From Bacteroides sp. CAG:927 (lineage in GTDB: Bacteria; Bacteroidota; Bacteroidia; Bacteroidales; Muribaculaceae), in assembly GCA_000431155.1 (NCBI GenBank), contig HF985638.1, positions 20,262 to 84,261 on the forward strand: 64,000 bases of DNA, given 5' to 3'. Positions 40,413-49,099 of the stretch are shown here, piece after piece. Made by a program: the position numbers and the translations under genes. The notes below the pieces were generated by a model. That model was not told where the DNA came from and made no database searches. It saw only the letters and a list, made by a program, of their open reading frames with translations. Positions within the stretch are counted from its first letter, which is position 1. Each line of letters starts with the position of its first letter.

Positions 40413-40973
40413 ATGACTAATAAAATTAACTTAGGTTCTAAACTTGCCCTTTACCCGACTCCGGTTACTGTTGTCGGAGCTGACGTAAATGGGAAGGTCA
40501 ATTGGCTGCTTATATCCCATATTGGCATAGTCAGCCACGACCGTGTTCTTGTGAGCATGGCAAAAGCACACTATACAACTCCTGCACTTGGCTTAGGGAA
40601 AAAGATATCACTTAATCTTGTAAGCCCAGAGATGCTTGAAAAAGTGGACTATGTGGGAAGTGTGGATGGCGATAAGGAAGATAAGTCGCAAGTGTTTGAA
40701 TTTCATCGCGGTGATGCAGGTACACCTGTAATCGATGAGGCACCGCTGACAATGGAATTGGAAATCGTGGACATTTATGAATGTAACGGTTTCGATAACT
40801 TTATCTGTTCGATTGCCAACACATATGTCAACGAAGACAACCTCGATGATAACGGTAAGATTGACTACGATAAGATGCACACTGTCTTGTTTGAGTTCCC
40901 GACCTATTCATATATCCTGTCTGGTAATGTCATAGGTAAATGCCGCAAAATGCACGATAACTGGCAAAAATAA
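40413..40973 (+). CDS. flavin reductase-like (FMN-binding split-barrel) protein
   Basis: LYPTPVTVVGA motif typical of flavin reductase-like domains. Start taken at MTNKINLG. Confidence 0.55.
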   Translation: MTNKINLGSKLALYPTPVTVVGADVNGKVNWLLISHIGIVSHDRVLVSMAKAHYTTPALGLGKKISLNLVSPEMLEKVDYVGSVDGDKEDKSQVFEFHRGDAGTPVIDEAPLTMELEIVDIYECNGFDNFICSIANTYVNEDNLDDNGKIDYDKMHTVLFEFPTYSYILSGNVIGKCRKMHDNWQK

Positions 40974-41127
40974 ATTTATAGAGCCTAAATCACTCCGAAT
41001 AATTCTATAAAGTCAGGATACTGAGTTAAGGCAGAGTGCCTGATGTTTTATTATCTGCCCTTTACTAAAGTATTGGTATGGGGCAGATTTTTTATGCCTA
41101 TATAAAAGAACCAATATTATTCACAAA

Positions 41128-42402
41128 ATGAACAAGGTATTAATTGTAGATGCCTCCGAATCAGACCGTCGGCTCATGGCGGGCTTGCTTGTCAAGTCCG
41201 GCTATGAGCCGATTGCCGTCGAGACAATGGAGGCAGCAAAGGACGAGGTGGCAAAACTGCCACCCGGCGCAGTGATTGTCGCGGACGCTTCACTCCGTGA
41301 CAGCTCTGCAAAAGAGTTAATCAACTGGCAGAAGGCTGAGGGATTCACTTTCCCTGTCATCGCCATAGTGAACAACCTGAACGGGCCAGACCTTCTTGAA
41401 GTGATGAAAGGCGGCGGAGCGGTAGATGTGGTGCAGCGGGCCGGTATTGACAAGCAGCTCGTTGAGACGGTAGGCAAATACGCCAAACCGGAGAATATCG
41501 TAATCCAGCTTGACAACGCCCTGATTCCTCGGAGAAGCAACAGCTTCCGTGAAATCGGGAAGGCAATTGGACGAGTCGCGACCACGAACGCCAACTGTAT
41601 CATATTTGGCGAAAGCGGTATGGGGAAGGAACAGATTGCACGACAGATCTATCTCCAAAGTTCGCGTACACAGAAGCCGTTGAAGATTCTCGAAGCCGGA
41701 GGCGCGCCGCTTGTCGGCAAACATGATCCGGAATCAGACCGCAGCGAAATCTATAACCGCATCGAGGGCTACTTTCAGGAAGTGAAAGGCGGCACACTGA
41801 TAATCAAGAATATCCAGTTGCTGACATTCGAGACCCAATCAGTGCTGTTGCACATTCTTGAACAGGAACACCCCGATGTGAGAATCATCAGTACTGCAAA
41901 CGGAAATCTGTTGAAGATGGTAGCCGACGGCAGCTTTCGCGACAATCTTTTCTATATGCTCCGCCAGAGGAGCATTACTGTACCATCTCTCCGAGAATCT
42001 ACGGAAGATATAGCTGATATTGCAGACTATCTTCTTCAGAGATACGCACAGAAGAAACAGCGACCGAAACAGCATCTTGACGCGTCTGCGATAAAGGCGT
42101 TGAAACTGCACCCGTGGCCCGGCAACGTCCGAGAACTGAAAGACACTGTTCTTTTCGCCGCCTTCCACGCGAAAGAGGATACCATTACCACAGAGGACAT
42201 CAGATTTGATGACGCCACACCCGATACAGCGGAGGATTTGACCCATCGCAATCCCAAGTACGAGCGAGACAATATAATCCGTGCATTCAAAAGAGCCGGC
42301 ACATGGCGAGGCGCGGCAACGCTGCTTGGAATATCCGAAAGGGCTTTGTTTGAGCAACGTAAGAAACACCATATCAATCCTGACGGAGAAATCGAGTCTT
42401 GA
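41128..42402 (+). CDS. rteB: RteB-like NtrC-family response regulator (receiver, AAA+ and Fis-type HTH)
   Basis: Receiver domain, AAA+ Walker A GESGMGKE and a C-terminal HTH. No GAFTGA motif could be found by eye. No histidine kinase gene lies adjacent. Confidence 0.7.
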   Translation: MNKVLIVDASESDRRLMAGLLVKSGYEPIAVETMEAAKDEVAKLPPGAVIVADASLRDSSAKELINWQKAEGFTFPVIAIVNNLNGPDLLEVMKGGGAVDVVQRAGIDKQLVETVGKYAKPENIVIQLDNALIPRRSNSFREIGKAIGRVATTNANCIIFGESGMGKEQIARQIYLQSSRTQKPLKILEAGGAPLVGKHDPESDRSEIYNRIEGYFQEVKGGTLIIKNIQLLTFETQSVLLHILEQEHPDVRIISTANGNLLKMVADGSFRDNLFYMLRQRSITVPSLRESTEDIADIADYLLQRYAQKKQRPKQHLDASAIKALKLHPWPGNVRELKDTVLFAAFHAKEDTITTEDIRFDDATPDTAEDLTHRNPKYERDNIIRAFKRAGTWRGAATLLGISERALFEQRKKHHINPDGEIES

Positions 42403-43141
42403 CAACCTCGAAAAAAATGCGTAACTTTGCAACGCAAATAGCAAAGACTGCGATTGTAGAGACAATCGTATCAACAATATAGGATAACATAAGTTATCGC
42501 AAGAGTTCTCTTGTAAATCCGGAAGATTATCAAAACCGAGCTTGAGCGTGACACTTATGCTATGCTTATCGCATAGCGTATGGTCACATCATTCGGTAAA
42601 GGCTTATTCCGGAGCCAACAAGAGAAGAAGTGTGTTCCGTACGCTATTTTTTTACCCTTATCTGAACCTGACACCATAACATAAAGTCGGCATAAATCGG
42701 CAAGCTGTCAGAATTGTTCTTCTGCCATAAAGATTTAACTTTCAAAATACTTTGCCGACATAAAATTCAATAGCACAGTCTATTGCTGATATTAACCATC
42801 GTTAAACAACCCTTTTCATAATCCCTTCGGTTATAATTGCAAACGAGGCGCAATCCTCGATAAGTCTAACGTAAAAACATATAACCGCATGGAGATTACA
42901 ACTCCCCCAAACGCATCAGGCTTCAACAGGAAGCCCAAATCAAAGAGCGGCAAACCAGACCGCAGCCGCAAGACCCGCAACCGCAGACCCGGCAACAATC
43001 CTATGGATGATCTGCCCGCGGATGCCAACGCTTGGCTGTTCGGATCAATGTTCCTCATGGCAGCCGCCAGACTTCTCGCACCTTTCTTTTCATACAGACA
43101 GGCGAAAAACACGGCACCGTCCGCCACACCCGAATAAGCGT
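42403..43141. other. structured non-coding region of about 740 bp (candidate regulatory RNA or leader)
   Basis: All frames are closed for about 480 bp. Hairpins are present (CGATTGT/ACAATCG; CTATGC/GCATAG). A TAACTTTG -7-like box follows the rteB stop immediately. Confidence 0.25.
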
Positions 43142-43525
43142 ATGGCGCAGACTACCGACAAGGACGCGGATTTCAAGACCGCCGCGCAAGCCTATGTCTC
43201 ACTCGTAGAGCAGCGTGCCAGAAGCCCCTGCCTTTATCCCACGAGAGACAGACCGCGACTGACCTTCCACGGAGAGCCTGTAATCCTTCTCGACGACATC
43301 ATAACCGGGCTTGACATCAGCGAGAAGACAATAAGGCGATACCGCGACGCAGGAAAAATCAAGGTCTATGAGAGCATAGAGGGAAACATCAAGTTCGTCC
43401 TTCAATGCGACCTCGACGAGTTTCTCGAAAAGTGCTTCATCAGTTCGTCCCATCCAGACTACAGGACTGTGAAGTGCAGAACCAACTCCGGCGGAAACGC
43501 CAAAACAACCACCACTAAATCATAA
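43142..43525 (+). CDS. HTH_17/excisionase-like DNA-binding protein (sits where rteC is in CTnDOT)
   Basis: Start taken at MAQTTDKDADF. HTH segment LDDIITGLDISEKTIRRYRDAGKI. Confidence 0.45.
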   Translation: MAQTTDKDADFKTAAQAYVSLVEQRARSPCLYPTRDRPRLTFHGEPVILLDDIITGLDISEKTIRRYRDAGKIKVYESIEGNIKFVLQCDLDEFLEKCFISSSHPDYRTVKCRTNSGGNAKTTTTKS

Positions 43526-43531
43526 TTCATT

Positions 43532-45097
43532 ATGGACCAGACTCCCGATCAGCAGGAAGTGCTGATGGCCCGCGACAACACAAGCGGGAAAGTCGGGGCG
43601 GTCGTAGGGCAGAATCCCGACGGCACCCCCAAGATGGCGGACGTAAAGTCAACGCCTCTCAGTGAACTCATCAAGTTCAACAAAGGGCAGAACCCCCTCG
43701 AAGCGTTCATGTCGAATTTTCTCCGGCAGGCCAAGAACCCGACGATGTTCAGCTTTTTCAGACTGCCAGCCGACAGGTATGAAATGGTCGCGCCCGCAAT
43801 GGCGGACATTATTCAGGAAGCGGAGAAAAACGCAGAGATGCTCAGACCCTATGCGGTGGAAACGGACGTCCCCGACCGGACAGTAAATCCTGAGCAACAG
43901 ACAGTTCCGGAGCCTCCGGCTCAGCAGGAACAACAGGCAGTCGAGACACCCCAGCCGCCACAACAGGCACAGCCCCCGGAGCCTGAACAATCAGTGCAGG
44001 CACAACAGCCCCAACAGCCTGAACAGACAGCCGCGGCACCTGTCAGGAATGCCCCCATAAACGCGGACAGCATAGACTGGGACAAGATACAGAAGCAATG
44101 GGGCATCACGCGCGAAGACCTTGAAAAATCAGGCGCGCTCGACCAGATGGTCTATAACCACAAATCGCCGCAGCTTTTCACTGTGACGCCACAATTCGGC
44201 GACGAGAAGTTCTCGATTCAGGCAAAGCTCTCTTTCCGCACCAACCCCGATGGCTCATATTCACTCGTGCCACATTTCGTCCGCAACGAGCCGCAGCTCG
44301 ACAAGGAATACAAGGGCTATACATTCACAGGCGAGGACAAGGCCGAACTGCGCAAGACCGGCAACCTCGGCAGGGCGGTGGAACTTGCCGACCCCAAGAC
44401 CGGGGAAATCAAGAGATGCCTCGTGAGCATAGACAGGCTCACCAATGAAATCGAGTCAATGCCGATAGACAACATCTATATCCGGCGCAAAGTGGCGAAC
44501 ATAGAACTCGACATGCAGGCAGTAGGCATACTGAAGAACGGCGGCACCATACGGGCGCAGAGCATCGAACTGCCCAACGGCGCGAAATTTGTTGCCGACC
44601 TGCAATACAACGTATCCAAACGTGATGTCGCTTTCGTCAACTCCGATCTCTACCGCCAGTTGCAGGAGCAGAGCGTGAAGCCTCAACAGCAACAGCAGAC
44701 GCAACAGAAGCCGGAAGAACGCTGGCACAATGCCGACGGCACTGTCAAACGCCTTGCCCACTGGTGTAAGATAGAGCTGAGCGAACAGCAGCAGAACGAC
44801 TATCTCGCCGGTAAGAAAGTCCTCGTGGGCGAAGCCAAAGACCTGTTCGGCAACAACTGCACCGTCTATTTCCAGTATGACCCTGAAAAACGTGCGCCGA
44901 TCACCACCCGCGTATATCCTGACCGCGACAAGGTGGTGGGTATCGCCGAGGAAAGCAAGACCCAGATGGCTGTCAACAATGACGGTGCCACAAACGAGGC
45001 TACCAAGAACGTGAAAGAGCCCCTCCAGCGCGGACAGACCGCGCCAAAGGACGAAAACCAGCAAAGGCAGCAGAAGCCCAAAGGTCCCAGACCCTGA
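43532..45097 (+). CDS. DUF3945/DUF4099-type ICE protein with a Q/P-rich linker
   Basis: Large low-complexity Gln/Pro region. This family usually pairs with a topoisomerase III gene in Bacteroidales ICEs. Confidence 0.55.
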   Translation: MDQTPDQQEVLMARDNTSGKVGAVVGQNPDGTPKMADVKSTPLSELIKFNKGQNPLEAFMSNFLRQAKNPTMFSFFRLPADRYEMVAPAMADIIQEAEKNAEMLRPYAVETDVPDRTVNPEQQTVPEPPAQQEQQAVETPQPPQQAQPPEPEQSVQAQQPQQPEQTAAAPVRNAPINADSIDWDKIQKQWGITREDLEKSGALDQMVYNHKSPQLFTVTPQFGDEKFSIQAKLSFRTNPDGSYSLVPHFVRNEPQLDKEYKGYTFTGEDKAELRKTGNLGRAVELADPKTGEIKRCLVSIDRLTNEIESMPIDNIYIRRKVANIELDMQAVGILKNGGTIRAQSIELPNGAKFVADLQYNVSKRDVAFVNSDLYRQLQEQSVKPQQQQQTQQKPEERWHNADGTVKRLAHWCKIELSEQQQNDYLAGKKVLVGEAKDLFGNNCTVYFQYDPEKRAPITTRVYPDRDKVVGIAEESKTQMAVNNDGATNEATKNVKEPLQRGQTAPKDENQQRQQKPKGPRP

Positions 45098-45312
45098 AAG
45101 CCTCTCACCATCCGTCCACAATCGACAAACTGTGATTCAACCGATATGATTGCCGGGTTATGACTGTAATCCCGACCACTGAATCCACGTCACGTCCGTA
45201 AATATCCCCTCCGGCAACCGTATCACCCAGACAAGTTATCCCCAAGGCACGGGGATAAGGGCAACCCAATCCCCGTGCCTTCAATAAATTCACCCTAAAC
45301 CCACATTAAATT

Positions 45313-46932
45313 ATGATCCTTATTATCTGCGAGAGCATTCTCGCCACCAAGACTGTCGCCATAGCACTTGGCGCAAACAACGAGACAAGCGAGGGCATCT
45401 ATACCTCCGGAACATTGACAGTTGCCGCAGTGCCGCCCCGTTTCATCCGCCACACGCCCCTCGGCGAGATGGCTGACGGAAAGAGTCCGTTCATCCCGGA
45501 GAAGTTCAGGATGTCCGTCACCGACAAGGGACTGGAACGCGAGCTGAAGCCCCTGTTCCGCGAGGCATCCGAAGTGGTGTTCGCCTCCGACGGCGGAGCC
45601 GACGCACAGGCGCGCTTCTTCAACATCTGCCGCCACTTCCGCGTGGGCTGTCCCCGAAGCCGTATGTGGATGACCCGGCTCAGCTACGGCGCAATCCGCG
45701 GGGCATTCCATTTCCGTGAGTCGGGCCGTCACCTCCACCGCCTCGCCCAGACCGGACTCGTGTCAAAAGGTATGGATATGCTGTTCGGCTACAATATCAA
45801 CCAGACCTTACTGCACATGGGGCTTCCCGCCTGCAACCTCACCCGTCAGGAGGCTGTCGCGCTCTTATATCTCGGAGAACTCTCCGATCATATAGACTAT
45901 GTGCAACAGCAGGCACATCCCGCATATTCAATCCTCGTCAACGCAAACAGCGGCACGGTGTTCGAGTCCGCGGAGTCATGGGACGATGAGGCGGATGCCG
46001 GAACCGCGCTCGAATCCGTACCCACAGGCGAAACCGTACCCGCCACCCTGACCATAGAGGAGACCGATAGGTTCAACCTGCGTTTCCACACACTCCTGAC
46101 ACTCCAGATGGACGCCTTCAACAATCTCGGCTTCATGCCCGGCAAGACCCTGAAAGTTGCGCAGAAACTTTATGACAGGGGGCTTATATCGTCGCCTCTG
46201 ACCGACTGCCCGCACCTTCCCGAAAAACTGCGGGGCCACATCATGACGGTGTTCCACGATGCCGGAGGCTACCTGTGGGGAGACAACGGGGCGACAATCG
46301 ACAGCCACGCCATAATAACCCTGCGCGCCGCCGAGGAAGTGCTAAGCGGGAGCGAGCTGCAACTCTACCGTCTTATCTTCAACCGTATGAGGGCTGTCAT
46401 GGAGCAGAAACCCGTCCGCAAGTATGCCACACTGGAGTTCTCCGTCGGTGACAACCGTTTCAGCCGCCGCTGGGAAATAACCGGTGACGCCTATGACGTG
46501 ACCGAGACAGGCTCTTTCCAGACTCAGGTCGAGATTGCCGATGCAGGGGTGTATCCCTTCGACCGTCCTGTGGAGTCAAGAGCGTTTGCCGATGTCATCG
46601 GCAATCTCACGACAGTGGCAGACTGTGTCGATGAGTTAATGCACACCGGTGTGCCATACACGAAGGAGACAAACGACTACGGCAGCGCGATGGGAAGCCT
46701 TGTGAACAAGGGACTCGCCATGCTTGACGGCGACGGGATATACCTCACCCCTGAAGGTCAGGCAATATTCGATGAGTTTTTCGGACACGAGATTGCCGAG
46801 GTGATACTGACATGGCAGTTCGAGGCAAACGACCTCTACGGAGGCGACCAGACCGGACGCAGTGTCATCGAAGGCTTCTCCGGCGCGCTACTTGACCTGA
46901 TCGGCGAACTTGACCCCGATTGTGGGGAATAA
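45313..46932 (+). CDS. Exc-like type IA topoisomerase homolog lacking the catalytic tyrosine
   Basis: Toprim N-terminus (LIICESILATKT). The active-site region reads LYDRGLISSPLTDCPHLP, where TopoIII has LYE..LITYPRSDCRYLP. At 539 aa it is shorter than typical TopoIII. Confidence 0.6.
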   Translation: MILIICESILATKTVAIALGANNETSEGIYTSGTLTVAAVPPRFIRHTPLGEMADGKSPFIPEKFRMSVTDKGLERELKPLFREASEVVFASDGGADAQARFFNICRHFRVGCPRSRMWMTRLSYGAIRGAFHFRESGRHLHRLAQTGLVSKGMDMLFGYNINQTLLHMGLPACNLTRQEAVALLYLGELSDHIDYVQQQAHPAYSILVNANSGTVFESAESWDDEADAGTALESVPTGETVPATLTIEETDRFNLRFHTLLTLQMDAFNNLGFMPGKTLKVAQKLYDRGLISSPLTDCPHLPEKLRGHIMTVFHDAGGYLWGDNGATIDSHAIITLRAAEEVLSGSELQLYRLIFNRMRAVMEQKPVRKYATLEFSVGDNRFSRRWEITGDAYDVTETGSFQTQVEIADAGVYPFDRPVESRAFADVIGNLTTVADCVDELMHTGVPYTKETNDYGSAMGSLVNKGLAMLDGDGIYLTPEGQAIFDEFFGHEIAEVILTWQFEANDLYGGDQTGRSVIEGFSGALLDLIGELDPDCGE

Positions 46933-47057
46933 TACGCTGTCTCCGGCATTTCCATCCAAAATAATCGGCACTACATAGCTGAAAATCGGATAGAAATCGC
47001 TAACTTTGCCACTGAATCGCAGTCATAATTTATTTTGATTGTGGATTTAGTGGTGAG

Positions 47058-47090
47058 GCAGCGGGAGGGATACCCGCTGCCTTTTTTACA
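47058..47090 (+). terminator. rho-independent terminator
   Basis: ggcagcgggagggatacccgctgcc followed by tttttt. Confidence 0.6.
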
Positions 47091-47126
47091 TCCATATCCA
47101 CCCACCGCTAAATCCCACAAATAATT

Positions 47127-47411
47127 ATGGAAATTGTAGCAATCGACAAGGAGGTCCTTGACGCGATGTTCGAGCGCATGGCCTACCTTCATAATATGCT
47201 TCACACGCTCTTTGAGAGAGTCCGCGACAAAAATCCCGACGACTGGCTTTCGCTTGAAGAAACCTGCCGCTTGCTGAACATCTCGGAGCGGAAAGTCCGA
47301 AACCTTCAGTCAGGCGGCAGAATCGGCTTCGTAAGATGCGGTAAGAAATGTAAGTACAGTGCGCATGATGTGTCAGCCATTATAGCGAAAGGAGGTGCCG
47401 ACATTGAGTGA
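47127..47411 (+). CDS. xis: Xis-like small HTH protein
   Basis: 94 aa with an HTH. Overlaps the next xis-like gene, and lies next to the integrase. Confidence 0.55.
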   Translation: MEIVAIDKEVLDAMFERMAYLHNMLHTLFERVRDKNPDDWLSLEETCRLLNISERKVRNLQSGGRIGFVRCGKKCKYSAHDVSAIIAKGGADIE

Positions 47412-47700
47412 CAGAATATACACAGGGGCAGACGAGTCTGTAAGACTGTTCTTCTCTCAGTGCAGGCATTCCCTTGAAATGGCGGAGCGGTTGGTGAAGG
47501 AATACCGGCCGTCGCTTATGGGCAGGCGGTTCATCACGGACGCACAGCTTTCAGAGAGGCTGGGCATATCCCGAAGGACGCTTCAGGACTACCGCGACAA
47601 AGGGAAGATTCCGTTCTACCGTCTTGACGGCAAGATACTTTATGACGAGGATGACATTGAAAAATTCCTATCCGGGACATACCGGCCGAAATTCGATTAA
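47395..47700 (+). CDS. xis: Xis-like small HTH protein
   Basis: 101 aa with an HTH (LGISRRTLQDYRDKGKIPFYRL). Confidence 0.55.
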   Translation: MPTLSDRIYTGADESVRLFFSQCRHSLEMAERLVKEYRPSLMGRRFITDAQLSERLGISRRTLQDYRDKGKIPFYRLDGKILYDEDDIEKFLSGTYRPKFD

Positions 47701-47721
47701 TAGACACCAACATCCGGCAAT

Positions 47722-47762
47722 GCAAAAGACGGCAGCAGGGCAGAAATCCTGTTGCCGTCTTT
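47722..47762. terminator. bidirectional terminator between xis and int
   Basis: gacggcagcagg...cctgttgccgtc stem, flanked by AAAA and TTTT. Confidence 0.5.
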
Positions 47763-47779
47763 TACTGTATATGTCGTTC

Positions 47780-49015
47780 TCAGCCGAGTCGCACCCCGTT
47801 GAACTTGGTGCGCATGACCTCCATATCCTCCGATATTGTATTGTCCAAAAGTCTGGCGTATATCTGCGTCGTCTTTATATCGCTGTGACCGAGCATCTTT
47901 GAGATTGTCTCAAGCGGCACATGGTTGTTGAGCGACATGGTCGCGAACGTATGGCGCGCGATGTGTGACGTGAGATGTTTGGAGATTTTCGCAAGGTCGG
48001 CAATCTCCTTGAGATACGCATTTACCTTCTGGTTGGACATCACGGGAAGCACCACACCGGTTGTCAGCACGACAGGGTGGCCGCTGTATTTGCGCATGAT
48101 TGTCTGCGGCACGTCAAGGAGCGGTATTACGCTCAGCTCCTCGGTCTTCTCACGGTTCTTCCTTATCCACATATTGCCGTTGGCGTCAGCCGATATGTCT
48201 GAACGTTTCAGCGTTTTGACATCAATGAACGCCAGCCCTGTGAAGCAGCAGAACACGAAAGTGTCCCTGACACATTCAAGTCTTGGAAAAGCCTTCAGGT
48301 CGAGAGCCATTATGCTTTTCAGCTCCGGCTCAGTGAGGAAGCCGCGGTCCGCCTTAGTACGCTTGAAACGCTTTCCAAGAAACGGGTCGTCGCTTATCCA
48401 CTTGTTGGCGATGGCATACTGGATCACATTCTTCAGGTAGCGCAGATACCGAACAGCGGTATTGTTGGCGCACTCCTTGCTTACTCGCAGGAAATGCTCG
48501 AAATCCTGCACGAAACCGGCTGTCACATCCTTTATGGCTATATCCCTGTCGCCTCCGTGAGTGAGGGCGATGAACTCCTCCAGATAGGTGACACAACGCT
48601 CCCAGCGGCTGAAAGTGGCGTAGCCGATGTCACCGCGCTCATATTCCTCCCTGCGCTTCACGTTTGTCTCACGGAACACGTCGCAGAGCATCTTAGGCTT
48701 TTCCACCATACCGAAATAATGGTTCTTCATTATCTGCGGATTGATGTAACGGCCCTCGTTGAGCAGGCGGTTGTGTATCTCATAGAAACGGGAGCGCACC
48801 ATTTCAAGATACTTGTTAAGCTCTAAGTCGCGGCGGGAGCGTCCCGCACTTTTCTGGGCGCGCTGGTCCCAGTTGGACGGATGTACCTTCCTGCCGATTG
48901 TAAACTCGGTCTTCTGACCTTCGGTTGTGATTCTCGCATAGATGGGGTACTCCCCGTTGCTTTCCGAACGCGGCTTCCTCGGAAAGAAAGTCAGCGTAAA
49001 AAATGAATCCTTCAT
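47780..49015 (-). CDS. int: tyrosine recombinase/integrase (IntDOT/IntN1-like)
   Basis: C-terminal catalytic region HTFATMSLNNHVPLETISKMLGHSDIKTTQIYARL (R..H..R..Y). N-terminal domain typical of Bacteroidales ICE integrases. Confidence 0.85.
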   Translation of the reverse strand: MKDSFFTLTFFPRKPRSESNGEYPIYARITTEGQKTEFTIGRKVHPSNWDQRAQKSAGRSRRDLELNKYLEMVRSRFYEIHNRLLNEGRYINPQIMKNHYFGMVEKPKMLCDVFRETNVKRREEYERGDIGYATFSRWERCVTYLEEFIALTHGGDRDIAIKDVTAGFVQDFEHFLRVSKECANNTAVRYLRYLKNVIQYAIANKWISDDPFLGKRFKRTKADRGFLTEPELKSIMALDLKAFPRLECVRDTFVFCCFTGLAFIDVKTLKRSDISADANGNMWIRKNREKTEELSVIPLLDVPQTIMRKYSGHPVVLTTGVVLPVMSNQKVNAYLKEIADLAKISKHLTSHIARHTFATMSLNNHVPLETISKMLGHSDIKTTQIYARLLDNTISEDMEVMRTKFNGVRLG

Positions 49016-49099
49016 ACTGTTGTGGGTTTAATGGTTATATAAATATAATCATTTTCTGCCGGATATGCAACAGGCAAAGAACAGTATGAATATACGATG

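Noticed and set aside
26800-41128. Searched for tetQ, ermF or other antibiotic-resistance cargo, and for an rteA histidine kinase
   Set aside because: No ribosomal-protection GTPase, rRNA methylase or sensor-kinase ORF was found. The cargo is redox, hydrolase and acetyltransferase genes plus AraC regulators.
42889-43137. 82-aa ORF with a basic N-terminus and a hydrophobic C-terminus upstream of the HTH gene
   Set aside because: Weak case: no recognisable family and unusual composition (an Arg/Pro/Lys run). Kept as part of the non-coding or uncertain region rather than called as a gene.
43532-45097. Q/P-rich region of the DUF3945 protein as a possible nucleotide-level tandem repeat
   Set aside because: The repetition is amino-acid compositional (PQQ/EQ runs) within a coding frame. 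It is not a DNA tandem repeat of distinct units.
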